A DNA stretch of 64,000 bases, from NCBI GenBank assembly GCA_963662545.2, contig CAXXLL010000003.1:1152001-1216000 (forward strand), given 5' to 3'. Both the position numbers and the translations under genes were made by a program. Each line of letters starts with the position of its first letter. The first letter of the stretch is position 1. This document shows positions 36,146 to 45,812 of this stretch, one piece after another. The notes below the pieces were generated by a model. The model was not told where the DNA came from. It ran no database searches and saw only the letters and a list, made by a program, of their open reading frames with translations. The DNA is from Gammaproteobacteria bacterium (lineage in GTDB: Bacteria > Pseudomonadota > Gammaproteobacteria > Ga0077536).

Positions 36146-38839
36146 TTACTGATCCTCGTCCCGCTGCCTTAGTTTGGCCGCCAGCTCGTTGACCAGATCG
36201 TGGTCATGCGCTTTCGCCGCATCTCGGGCCGCATGCGCGCGCTTCCTAATGCGCTCGATATGCGCCTTTTGATTGGCCAGGATCCCGCGTTGAGCGTCGC
36301 TGTTTTCGATCTCGCTCTGTTCCTTTAACCAATCGTCCAGTTCGCCTCGAAGATCTTCACGAACTTGCTGCTGACGGACCTTGTGAACCGCGAGATCCCC
36401 GATGGATGCAACGGACGCGGCCTGCGCGTCTGCACGGGTGCGTTCCACCTTAGCAACGTGATCCGCCGCCTGGCGAGCCTGATCCTCGAGCGCGTTGAGA
36501 TCCGTATCAACTTTGGTTGAATCCCCTATCTGCGAGGCTTTCAATACCTCGATTTCCTGCTCAATCTGCTTTTGCGCATCGAGCGCAACGTGGTTCTCTC
36601 GCTGCGCGAGTTCGAGCGCGAGGCGTAAGCGTTTGGATTCCGCCTGTAAGCGTTCCCGCTCGACCCGCATATCCGTTTCTTCCTGCAAACGTTTTCGCGC
36701 ATGCGCATCCTTGAATTCGGCGACGATTTTCTGCGCCTCATCGGCGGCCGCAACGCGCGCGGCTTCCGCAGCGTCGCGCTCATGGCGCGCGCGCTCGAGT
36801 TCGGTTGCGTTACGCGTCAGTTCTTCTTCGAGCTTTTGCCGTTCGAATCGCACGTTCTGCTTCAATTCTTTTTGCAATCTGCGTTCGAGCGCGAGCTGCT
36901 GCTCTTCACGCATCTCAGCCTCGCGGGCACTCGCCAACTCAACTTCCTGCAGCCGCTCCTGATAATCGCGCGCCTGCGCGAGGCGCACACGTGATTCCTC
37001 GGCCTGCGTTTCGACGCGCATTTGTTCTTCCCGCAAACGGACTTCAGCCTCCGCCTTCTGGATTTTGAGCCGCTCGAGTTCTTCGGCCTGCCAGGCGTAG
37101 CTCTCCTTGAGTTTGCGCTCTTCGTCCTTGAGCCTTCTTTCCATTTCGGCCTGTACGCGCGCGACCTTTTCGCGCTGCGCTTCACGTTCCCTGCGAACCG
37201 ACTCTTCGGCCCGCGCCTTCTCCTGCACGATTTCAGCCTTCAACCGCTTTGCCTCCTGCAGTTCCCGTCGCGCTGTTTCGGCGTCGGCTTCGAGGCGTTT
37301 CTTCTCTTCCTGCAGCCTTTCGTCGGCCTTGCGCTCGGCCGCAATCCGCGCCGTTTCGATTTCTGCGGCAATCCGCTCGCGTTCAGCTTCGATCTGTTGC
37401 GCAGCCTTGGCTTCGGCTTCCGCACGAGCCTCATCGACGGCTGCACGCGCCGCTGCCGCACGCACCTTCTCTGCCTCGGCGAAATCAACCTCCCGGCGTT
37501 CTTTTTCTTCTGCTTTTCTGTTGGCTTCGATCTCGGTCTCTGCCGCCGCAGGCCTCCCCGTATCGTTCCCGTCGCTCCGGTCCGCGTCCGTGCGGGCGGT
37601 AGCGTCGGCGATCCGCACTTCATTGATACCCAGTTCGACCTCAAGCGCTGCCGCCTCGACGGATGCATCGCCCTTTCGTTCGGAATCGCTCAAATGTGAA
37701 GTCGGGATTGGCGCCGTGGTCGACCGGATTTCGCCTACGAAATCGGCATCGTCGTGGAGGGTCATATCGAGATCGTCGCTGCGGACGAGATCCGTGTATT
37801 GCGCCAGGCCGCCGTTCAGGCAATGGACGTCGAAACCGCGTTCGGCCAGCAGAAAAGCAGCGACGGCACTGCGTATTCCGTCGTTGCAATACACGATGTA
37901 AGAACGGTCTGACTCGAGCTTGCCGGAATGCATGCGCAGAGTATTCAGTGGATAATTGACACTCCTATCAAGGCCGTCGGCCTCGTGTTCTTCTGGAAAC
38001 CGAACGTCCAGCCACAACGCGTTCCGTACGGCCACGATGTTCCGGCCTTCCTCCAAGGTGACCCCGTTCAAGAGCGGTCTCTGGATGAGTTCGACGAAAC
38101 CCTCTTTCGGGAGTCTGACGAGCTGCCCGTCGGTCAGCATGCGCACTGAAGCATTTCGCGTCGAACCGGCGACCAGTGCTTCCTCACCGAAGGCGTCTCC
38201 GGGCCCGAACAAGGCGAGGCGATACCCAGGCGCGTTTGCTCCGGAGGAGCGGGTGACCTCGCAACGGCCCTGCGTAATGACATAGTAATAATCGCCCGGC
38301 TCGCCCTGATTGACGATGACTTCACCCTGCTTGGCCTCGACCGTCTCGAGCAGGCTGAAAATCCTGTGAATATTGGACGCGGGCAGATGCGAGAAGAGCT
38401 TTGATTGCAGCATTCGCGTCATCCAATCGCCGTCGTTTTCCGTGTCGATCTCGCTGACCTGGACGTCACAGTAATTGTCTGAGCGGTCCGCGGCGGCGAG
38501 TTTATCGAGCAGGTCCCGGTTCAGCCTCAAAACCGCCACCTCAGATTGCGCGCGTGCCGACATTTTGCGCGGCTGCAGTTGCGCCAGGGCATGTACCGCG
38601 TCAGGGGCACCGCCGATCAGGCGATGTATCGTTTCACCATCGCAAATGAGTTCGAGCTGTCCCTCGAGGAGATAGAAACAATAGGGGTCGCGCTCTCCCT
38701 GTTTAAATACGAACTCTTCCGGTTGATACCGCAAGATCTCCGCTCTAGTCAGTATCTGTGCCTTGCTCGGTGCCGAAAGTTCTCCCAGCGGCACCAGGCT
38801 GTGGACCAGGCCTTCAAAATTTGATTCCAGCGCCGACAT
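36146..38839 (-). CDS. cNMP-cNMP-rhodanese protein with long coiled coil (paralogue 1)
   Basis: VFKQGERD..CFYLLEG; QGEPGDYYYVI..FGEEAL....RNAS; WLDVR..YCNDGIRS; E/A/R-rich C-terminal half. Confidence 0.88.
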   Translation of the reverse strand: MSALESNFEGLVHSLVPLGELSAPSKAQILTRAEILRYQPEEFVFKQGERDPYCFYLLEGQLELICDGETIHRLIGGAPDAVHALAQLQPRKMSARAQSEVAVLRLNRDLLDKLAAADRSDNYCDVQVSEIDTENDGDWMTRMLQSKLFSHLPASNIHRIFSLLETVEAKQGEVIVNQGEPGDYYYVITQGRCEVTRSSGANAPGYRLALFGPGDAFGEEALVAGSTRNASVRMLTDGQLVRLPKEGFVELIQRPLLNGVTLEEGRNIVAVRNALWLDVRFPEEHEADGLDRSVNYPLNTLRMHSGKLESDRSYIVYCNDGIRSAVAAFLLAERGFDVHCLNGGLAQYTDLVRSDDLDMTLHDDADFVGEIRSTTAPIPTSHLSDSERKGDASVEAAALEVELGINEVRIADATARTDADRSDGNDTGRPAAAETEIEANRKAEEKERREVDFAEAEKVRAAAARAAVDEARAEAEAKAAQQIEAERERIAAEIETARIAAERKADERLQEEKKRLEADAETARRELQEAKRLKAEIVQEKARAEESVRREREAQREKVARVQAEMERRLKDEERKLKESYAWQAEELERLKIQKAEAEVRLREEQMRVETQAEESRVRLAQARDYQERLQEVELASAREAEMREEQQLALERRLQKELKQNVRFERQKLEEELTRNATELERARHERDAAEAARVAAADEAQKIVAEFKDAHARKRLQEETDMRVERERLQAESKRLRLALELAQRENHVALDAQKQIEQEIEVLKASQIGDSTKVDTDLNALEDQARQAADHVAKVERTRADAQAASVASIGDLAVHKVRQQQVREDLRGELDDWLKEQSEIENSDAQRGILANQKAHIERIRKRAHAARDAAKAHDHDLVNELAAKLRQRDEDQ

Positions 38840-38966
38840 CGTTCCTCTACATGAGGGTTGGGCGAGTTCGCATTATGGACCTTATATAATCGGCCGAACT
38901 CGATTGAGCATTAATCAGCTGGAAATATTAGACCAAATAGACTCGAGATCATGATGCAATACGGTT

Positions 38967-38988
38967 AACTGTGAATGGCATCACGAGG
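38967..38988. promoter_or_regulatory. CRP/Vfr-like site 1
   Basis: TGTGA-ATGGCA-TCACG, 9/10 to the TGTGA-N6-TCACA core. Confidence 0.6.
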
Positions 38989-39008
38989 AAAACCGGCGAA
39001 AGCTTGAA

Positions 39009-39030
39009 AAGTGTGAAGCACTTCACCCTC
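39009..39030. promoter_or_regulatory. CRP/Vfr-like site 2
   Basis: TGTGA-AGCACT-TCACC, 9/10; 42 bp from site 1. Confidence 0.6.
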
Positions 39031-39059
39031 GTCGAGCCTTAAACAGGCGGAATTGCTAG

Positions 39060-39217
39060 AACCCATCTCAAAATTATTCGCGCCCACGCTGGTGGCCGTT
39101 GCCGTACGGTTCAAGGCGCGAGGAGCGTGGCAAAGCATAAGCTAAATGAGTGACGAGCAACGCCGAAATGCGCGAAAATCGCTCCCGGCGCACACGCGGA
39201 TAATTTTGAGATAGATT
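39060..39217. mobile_element. Family C palindromic element, 158 bp
   Basis: IR AACCCATCTCAAAATTATTCGCG / CGCGGATAATTTTGAGATAGATT; CTAG on both sides. Confidence 0.8.
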
Positions 39218-39390
39218 CTAGTTATTTGGCGTGATTCGACGGCACTCGATCCGGCTGCCCGCACGCTCTCGACGATGCCTCGACAGGTGCGTTGGGCGGT
39301 CACGAGCGCAGGCCGCCGCGCCGCGGGCGCGCATGATCCGAAACAGCGTAGAATAGCGCCGTGAGCGTGCCCCCAGGAACCTGAGTTATC

Positions 39391-39597
39391 GTGGCCTATA
39401 CGGAAGAAAAATCCATACAACGCCGTATCTTGGAGCTACAGACGGAACACCGGGATCTGGATAAAGTCGTCAAAAAACTTTCCGATTCATCCGACGTCGA
39501 TCAACTCATGCTTCGCCGTTTGAAGAAGCGCAAATTGCAACTCAAGGATCAGATCACGAGACTCAAAAGCAAGCTTATTCCTGACCTGGACGCTTGA
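39391..39597 (+). CDS. YdcH/DUF465 family protein
   Basis: EHRDLD, RLKKRKLQLKDQI, PDLDA. Confidence 0.9.
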   Translation: MAYTEEKSIQRRILELQTEHRDLDKVVKKLSDSSDVDQLMLRRLKKRKLQLKDQITRLKSKLIPDLDA

Positions 39598-39637
39598 ACC
39601 TGCTGATAAGAACCAAGTATCGATCTGCGACGCGAAA

Positions 39638-42097
39638 ATGTCGGAAGAAGAAACCCTAGAAGCCCGTGTGGGCTTTCTCGTACCACTCAACAAGCTGCCC
39701 CCAGAGCGGCAGTCCAAGCTGCTCGAACAATCTGAAGTACTGAAGCTCAAGAAAAAGCAGACCCTATTCAAGCAGGGCGACCGCGACGATTACACGTTCT
39801 ATGTACTCGAGGGAGACATGGAGATGTACGCCGACGACTCGCTGATCAAGGCTGTCAGCGGAGGGGACGGCGCGTCGTTTCAACCGCTGGCGCAACTTCA
39901 GCCGCGACAGATGACCGCGATAGCGAAAACCAAGGCCCAAGTGTTGCGCGTCAACCGGGCGTTGTTGGAGCAGCTGCTCAGCATGGACGTAACCCCGCCT
40001 GCCGACGAACCGGACTCCGGTGTGGAAGTCGAGGAGATGGAGGTCGAGGGTTCGGGTGACTGGCTCATGACGATGCTGCAATCGGAACTCTTTTCACGGA
40101 TTCCCGCGTCCAACATCCAGAACCTGCTGGACACGCTCGAGACGGTCGAGGCCAAGCAGGGTGAAGTCGTCGTCAAACAAGGCGAACCGGGCGACTACTA
40201 TTACGCGCTCCAGAGCGGGTCCTGTGAGGTTGTGCGGGCGGGTAGGAACAAGAAGGAAGTGCGTCTTGCCGAGCTGACCGCCGGCGATACCTTCGGGGAA
40301 GAAGCGCTCATTTCGGGCGGCAAGCGAAACGCGACCGTGCGCATGACATCCGATGGTAATCTCGCCAGGCTGACCAAGGACGACTTCACGAAACTGATCA
40401 AAGCACCGTTGCTGAGCACCGTCACCCGGGAGGAGGCCGACAAGCTCGCGGCCGACGGCGCACTGTGGCTCGACGTGCGGTTCGAGGACGAACACGATCA
40501 CAACGGCCTGCCTAAGAGCCTTAACATTCCCTTGAGCAGTTTGCGCACGCGCATGGACGAACTCATTATTGACCTGCGCTACATCGCATATTGTGACAGC
40601 GGCGGCCGCAGCTCCGCCGCGGCTTTTTTACTCGCGGAGAAAGGATACAACGTCGTCCACGTCGAAGGTGGAGCGGTCGACGAGCCGAAACCGGAAGCAC
40701 CGGCAGCGGTCCCTGATGCGGAAGCACCGGCCAAAAAGGCACCCGCCAAGAAGAAGGCGGCAGCGAAAAAGCCCGCAAAAGAAGCGTCGGCGCAGAAATC
40801 AGCCGCCGCAAAAACCCCGGCGGCGAAGCCAAGCCCGGAAAAAGTTGCGAGCGAAGCGGCGCTTGAGGCCGATGCCCGCGCCTCATCGCTGTCGGCGGAG
40901 GTAGAAAAAGCGGCGATCACGATCGAGCAGGCACGAACGCTGATGGCCGAAGCGGAAGCGATGAAAGCCGAAGTGGAAAAATTCGTTGCCGACCGGCTAG
41001 CGTCGGAGAAACAGAAGATCGAAGAGGAGGCGGAGGTGCTGCAGAACACCCTGGCAGCCGAAAAGCTCAAGATATTGCAAGAAGCTGAGGAACTCCAGCA
41101 AACGCTCGCGTCAGAAAAGGAAAAGATCGAAAAGGAAGCCGCGGCGGTCAAGCTGAAGATGGTCGAGGCCGAGCGGCTCAAGGACGAACTCGCCGAGCAA
41201 CTGAAATCGGCCGAGATCGAAGCTGAAAAACGCCATCAGGAAGTCGAAACGCAGCTAGAGGAGATGGAGAAAACCGCCGAGGAACGCTTCGCTGCCGAGG
41301 AGAAGCGTCTCGAGGCCCTGTATGCCAAACAGGCCGAACTACTCGAAACCACGCAGGCCGACCGCGAGGCTGAATTGCGCGCACAGCTTCAGGAAGAGCT
41401 GGCTCAGGAACGGCGGAATTTCGAAGCGGAATTCGCGCGCACAGCCGAAGAACTGGAAAAGGTGCGTGAAGAACGCGAGGCGGCCTTGGCGGCACAGAAG
41501 GCAGCCGCCGAGGAAGCCCGCAGCATGATTGAGGAATTCAAGGCGCAGCAGGAAGAATTGCTCGCGGAGCAGTACGCGGCAATCAAGACCGAGCGCGAGA
41601 AGCTGCAGTCCGAAGCGGCCCGTATCTCAAAACTACAGGAGGAAACAGCAAAGGCCCGATACGAGGCAGAGGCCGCCAAAGTGGCCACCGAGCGAGAACT
41701 CGAAAAAGCGCGGGCCGAACAGGCGGCCGAAACGAGCCCCGAAGTCGACACCACGATCATCGAGATCGAGGAACGCGCGGTGGCGGCTGATCTGGAACTG
41801 GAACAGGCGATCGAGGCCGAATCGGTGGTCGCCACAGCTGCCAAGGGAAATGAAGATGAACTCGAACGGACTTACGATACCGCCAATGAAATCAACATAT
41901 TGTTAAAAAAGGAATTGACCGACTGGGTGGACGATCAGGACCAGTTTCAGGAATCTACCCTCCAGCGCGAAGTCCTGTCGAGGCAAAAAGAAATGGTGGA
42001 GCGGATCAAGGCGCGAGCGGCAGCCGCGCAAGCCGAATCCATCAATCACGACAAATCCCTACTCGAGGAAATCGAGGCAAAGCTCAGCGGAGAGTGA
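39638..42097 (+). CDS. cNMP-cNMP-rhodanese protein with Lys/Ala linker and long coiled coil (paralogue 2)
   Basis: LFKQGDRD, LAQLQPR, FGEEAL....RNAT, WLDVR, YCDSGGRS. Confidence 0.88.
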   Translation: MSEEETLEARVGFLVPLNKLPPERQSKLLEQSEVLKLKKKQTLFKQGDRDDYTFYVLEGDMEMYADDSLIKAVSGGDGASFQPLAQLQPRQMTAIAKTKAQVLRVNRALLEQLLSMDVTPPADEPDSGVEVEEMEVEGSGDWLMTMLQSELFSRIPASNIQNLLDTLETVEAKQGEVVVKQGEPGDYYYALQSGSCEVVRAGRNKKEVRLAELTAGDTFGEEALISGGKRNATVRMTSDGNLARLTKDDFTKLIKAPLLSTVTREEADKLAADGALWLDVRFEDEHDHNGLPKSLNIPLSSLRTRMDELIIDLRYIAYCDSGGRSSAAAFLLAEKGYNVVHVEGGAVDEPKPEAPAAVPDAEAPAKKAPAKKKAAAKKPAKEASAQKSAAAKTPAAKPSPEKVASEAALEADARASSLSAEVEKAAITIEQARTLMAEAEAMKAEVEKFVADRLASEKQKIEEEAEVLQNTLAAEKLKILQEAEELQQTLASEKEKIEKEAAAVKLKMVEAERLKDELAEQLKSAEIEAEKRHQEVETQLEEMEKTAEERFAAEEKRLEALYAKQAELLETTQADREAELRAQLQEELAQERRNFEAEFARTAEELEKVREEREAALAAQKAAAEEARSMIEEFKAQQEELLAEQYAAIKTEREKLQSEAARISKLQEETAKARYEAEAAKVATERELEKARAEQAAETSPEVDTTIIEIEERAVAADLELEQAIEAESVVATAAKGNEDELERTYDTANEINILLKKELTDWVDDQDQFQESTLQREVLSRQKEMVERIKARAAAAQAESINHDKSLLEEIEAKLSGE

Positions 42098-42147
42098 AGA
42101 CTCTCCTCTTCGAGCAGCCGAAATTTTTAAGCTCGTTTAAATGCGGG

Positions 42148-42615
42148 CTAGGCGACGGCGTAGTCGGCGGCATCCGGCGCAAGCTGGTGTGAAAAGAACT
42201 CGTTGACGATTCGCTCTGTCTGTAAGTCGATCTTAACGAAACGCAGACCGACGACGCAGCGTGGTTCCGTATTGACGGTGGTCAGGTAGAGCATCTGGCA
42301 TCGCACCGCCAGCGTCCGAATCCCGTCTCCCACCGGCAGAGCTAAGGCCACGTTGGCAAACGGGCTATTATCGGCCTCGATTTTTCCACCGTTCGGGTGC
42401 AATAGGCGCGCCGTTTCTACGGTGCAACGAATCTGTAATCCGTCGGGTGAAATATTGATGACGTTTGCTGAAATCTTCTCGCCGCCATCCGTCCTGAGTG
42501 CAACCTTGATGTCCAGGGGAATTCGGGGGTAGCGCCGCGACTCGTCGAGTTTTTCGACGAGCTGCCATACCAGATCGTTGCCGCTAGCTGGCACTTCTAC
42601 GCTTGGCTTAGCCAT
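42148..42615 (-). CDS. PilZ-domain protein
   Basis: RRYPR (RxxxR), NISPDG (D/NxSxxG), VGLRF. Confidence 0.85.
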   Translation of the reverse strand: MAKPSVEVPASGNDLVWQLVEKLDESRRYPRIPLDIKVALRTDGGEKISANVINISPDGLQIRCTVETARLLHPNGGKIEADNSPFANVALALPVGDGIRTLAVRCQMLYLTTVNTEPRCVVGLRFVKIDLQTERIVNEFFSHQLAPDAADYAVA

Positions 42616-42741
42616 GATTTAGTCCTCGCAAATGAAATAGCTGTTAGCCCGAAAAGTACACAAGGACGGCGCGAAGCGCAGGACTTTCGTCACATTTGTT
42701 GCGGCCTCATAGGCTGTGATGATGAATTTATTTGACGTCCG

Positions 42742-43629
42742 TCACAGCCTGGAGCGTTTAACATTTGTTTTATTTTTGGGACGGGCTTTCCACTGTTTCG
42801 TGCGATCTCGCAAATTCTCCAAACGAATCGCACTTTCGGTGACCTGGCTTTCCGTCATGCGCGATTTGACCAGTTCCGAATTTGATATCGCGATTTTTAG
42901 GCCGCCTTCGACGGCGAGAATGAACCAGGCCCATGCTTCCACCAGATCGAGGGGGACACCTTCCGCGTTCATGTACGCCGCGCCCAACGCGTTCTGCGCG
43001 ACCGGCAGGCCTCGCTCCGCCGCGTACCTCCACCATTTGAGACTCTGTGGGATATCCATGGATACACCTTGGCCGCGACGATGCAGGATACCGAGGTTGT
43101 ATGCCGAGTGAAGCTCGCCGCGCTCCACGCCGCTCAGCCACCACTCGCGGGCTTTTTCGAAATCCCTGGGAACCCCTTGCCCGCGATAATGGATCAGGCC
43201 TAATGCGTGAGCAGAGCGGCCGTCGCCCTGTCGCGCGGCCCGCGTTAACCAGGTGCGCGCCCGATCAACATCCTGTTGGGTACCACGCCCATGCAAATAC
43301 AGCAGACCCAAGTTGTGCTGCGCCTTCGCATGGCCCTGCTCGGCTGCGCGTTTGTACCATACTACCGCGCGTTCAAGCTTGGCGATAACGCCCCACCCTT
43401 TTTGATACGCGAGACCGGTATAGAATTGCGAGTTCGGATGACCAGCGGCGGCTGGCTCCTGGAATTCAGCGAAAGCATTACCGTGATCCCCGGCCTTGAA
43501 TGCCGCCAGTCCGGACTCGAAATCGGCTAGGGCAGAGGGCGACAATAATCCCGTAATCACTGCGAGTAGCAGCGCTCCCGCCGCCCTTGAGACAGTATTA
43601 CGGGTGGATTGAATCAAGCGCCCGCCCAT
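42742..43629 (-). CDS. Secreted Sel1-repeat protein
   Basis: Signal peptide, repeats like AAEQGHAKAQHNLG..Y..G.G. Confidence 0.9.
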   Translation of the reverse strand: MGGRLIQSTRNTVSRAAGALLLAVITGLLSPSALADFESGLAAFKAGDHGNAFAEFQEPAAAGHPNSQFYTGLAYQKGWGVIAKLERAVVWYKRAAEQGHAKAQHNLGLLYLHGRGTQQDVDRARTWLTRAARQGDGRSAHALGLIHYRGQGVPRDFEKAREWWLSGVERGELHSAYNLGILHRRGQGVSMDIPQSLKWWRYAAERGLPVAQNALGAAYMNAEGVPLDLVEAWAWFILAVEGGLKIAISNSELVKSRMTESQVTESAIRLENLRDRTKQWKARPKNKTNVKRSRL

Positions 43630-43668
43630 GTTTTACAATGACCGCGATTTTTAACATACGGGAATGAC

Positions 43669-44526
43669 ATGTCCGACCAGCGATTTACCGGTACCGATAC
43701 ATACATCGTAACTGACGACCTCATGATGGCGGTCAACGCCGCTGTCACACTGCAGCGCCCACTGCTCGTCAAGGGCGAACCCGGCACTGGGAAAACCATG
43801 CTTGCTCTCGAGGTCGCGAAGGCTCTCGAACGGCCGCTGATCGAATGGCATATCAAATCGACCATGAAAGCTGCGCAGGGTTTATATGAATACGACGCCG
43901 TAGCCCGGCTGCGTGATTCGCAGCTCGGCGAGGAAGCGGTCCACGATATTTCAAATTACATCGTCAAGGGCAAGCTTTGGGAAGCGTTCGAATCCAATAC
44001 TAAACCGGTGCTCCTGATTGACGAAATCGACAAGGCCGACATCGAATTTCCCAACGATCTGTTGCTGGAACTCGACCGGATGGAGTTTTTTGTCTATGAA
44101 ACCAAAAAAACCGTCAAGGCCACGCACCGTCCAATCATCATCATTACCAGCAACAATGAAAAGGAATTACCGGACGCTTTCCTGAGGCGCTGCTTTTTCC
44201 ACTACATCGCCTTCCCGGATCACGAGACGATGGACGCAATCGTCAAAGTGCATTACCCCGACATCAAGAAGCGTCTTCTGGCGGAAGCCCTCGAGTGCTT
44301 TTTCGAGTTACGCGAAATTCCCGGCTTGAAAAAGAAGCCATCGACCTCCGAGCTGCTCGATTGGATCAAGCTCCTGGTCGCGGAAGATATTCCGCCGGAA
44401 GCCCTGCGCGAAAAAGATTCCCGTAAGGCCATTCCGAAGCTGTACGGCGCCCTGCTTAAGAACGAGCAGGATATGCACCTATTCGAGCGGCTGGTCTTCA
44501 TGTCGAGACGCACCGGTGCTAATTGA
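43669..44526 (+). CDS. MoxR-family AAA+ ATPase
   Basis: GEPGTGKT, LLIDEIDK, LPDAFLRRC. Confidence 0.93.
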   Translation: MSDQRFTGTDTYIVTDDLMMAVNAAVTLQRPLLVKGEPGTGKTMLALEVAKALERPLIEWHIKSTMKAAQGLYEYDAVARLRDSQLGEEAVHDISNYIVKGKLWEAFESNTKPVLLIDEIDKADIEFPNDLLLELDRMEFFVYETKKTVKATHRPIIIITSNNEKELPDAFLRRCFFHYIAFPDHETMDAIVKVHYPDIKKRLLAEALECFFELREIPGLKKKPSTSELLDWIKLLVAEDIPPEALREKDSRKAIPKLYGALLKNEQDMHLFERLVFMSRRTGAN

Positions 44527-45700
44527 GCTTTTTCACAAACTGAGAAAGGTCCAGATTCCGGTTTCCATTACCGAGTATCTGACGCTGATGGGCGCATTGG
44601 ATGCGCGCGTCGCCGGTTTCAGCGTCAACGATTTCTACTACCTCGCGCGAACGACGCTGGTCAAGGACGAACGATATTTCGACCGCTTCGATCAGGTGTT
44701 CGGCGAGCACTTTCGGGGACAGGAAACGATTTTCGATGAATTCATCGGGGAAATACCCCTGGAGTGGCTACGCAAACAAAAAGAGCTTGATCTGACTGAC
44801 GAGGAAAAGGCGCAGATAGAGGCCCTGGGCGGCTGGGACAAGCTCATGGAAGCCCTGCGTGAACGCCTCGAAGAACAAAAAAAAGAACATCACGGGGGGA
44901 ACAAGATGATTGGTACCGGCGGCACGTCACCCTTTGGTGCTTACGGCTACAACCCCGAAGGGATCCGCATGGGGCAGGAAGAAGGCCGCCAGGGACGAGC
45001 GGTTAAAGTGTGGGATCGGCGCGATTACCGCAACCTCGACGATACGGTCGAACTGGGAACACGAAACATCAAGCTGGCGCTGCGTCAATTACGACGGTTC
45101 GCCCGCGAGGGCGCTCAAGAAGAACTCGATCTCTACGATACGATCCGCTCGACTGCGCGAAATGCGGGGCTGCTCGATATCAAGATGGTGCCGGAAAGGC
45201 ACAACGCCGTAAAAATTTTGCTGTTTCTCGATGTCGGCGGTTCCATGGACCCGTATATTCGAATCTGCGAGGAACTGTTCTCAGCGGCCCGCGCCGAATT
45301 TAAGCACCTTGAATATTTCTATTTCCACAATTTCATTTATGAGACGGTCTGGCGGGACAATAATTTGCGCGCCAACGTGAGGATCCCCACGGCGCAGGTG
45401 ATGCATACTTACAGCGCGGATCACAAACTCGTCTTCGTCGGCGATGCGACCATGAGCCCGTATGAAATCATGGCGGTCGGAGGCAGCGTCGAGCATTGGA
45501 ACGAAGAAGCCGGCGCTACCTGGATGGCCCGGTTGATGGCCATTTACCCGTATGCCGTATGGCTGAATCCGCAACCCGAAGAATTCTGGGGACACATCCC
45601 TTCCATTGGCATGGCCAAGGAGCTTTTGTCCGATCAAATGTATCCGTTGACGATCGAAGGACTCGATCGCGCCATGAAAGCCTTGAAAAAGGCGCATTAA
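44516..45700 (+). CDS. VWA (CoxE-like) partner of MoxR
   Basis: FLDVGGSMD, FVGDATMSP, WLNP; overlaps the ATPase stop. Confidence 0.9.
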   Translation: MLIELFHKLRKVQIPVSITEYLTLMGALDARVAGFSVNDFYYLARTTLVKDERYFDRFDQVFGEHFRGQETIFDEFIGEIPLEWLRKQKELDLTDEEKAQIEALGGWDKLMEALRERLEEQKKEHHGGNKMIGTGGTSPFGAYGYNPEGIRMGQEEGRQGRAVKVWDRRDYRNLDDTVELGTRNIKLALRQLRRFAREGAQEELDLYDTIRSTARNAGLLDIKMVPERHNAVKILLFLDVGGSMDPYIRICEELFSAARAEFKHLEYFYFHNFIYETVWRDNNLRANVRIPTAQVMHTYSADHKLVFVGDATMSPYEIMAVGGSVEHWNEEAGATWMARLMAIYPYAVWLNPQPEEFWGHIPSIGMAKELLSDQMYPLTIEGLDRAMKALKKAH

Positions 45701-45812
45701 TTTTGTGTTCCGAATAATCCGACGCTTGCTTGCCTTCGAACGGGGGCTCGAATCGCTTGCGGGCGAACATAAATCTGTCTCTCCTTTTGGAAACGGTATT
45801 TAAATCCGGCAC

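Noticed and set aside
43669-45700. MoxR-VWA pair as a CO dehydrogenase locus
   Set aside because: No coxLMS nearby; a common stand-alone chaperone pair.
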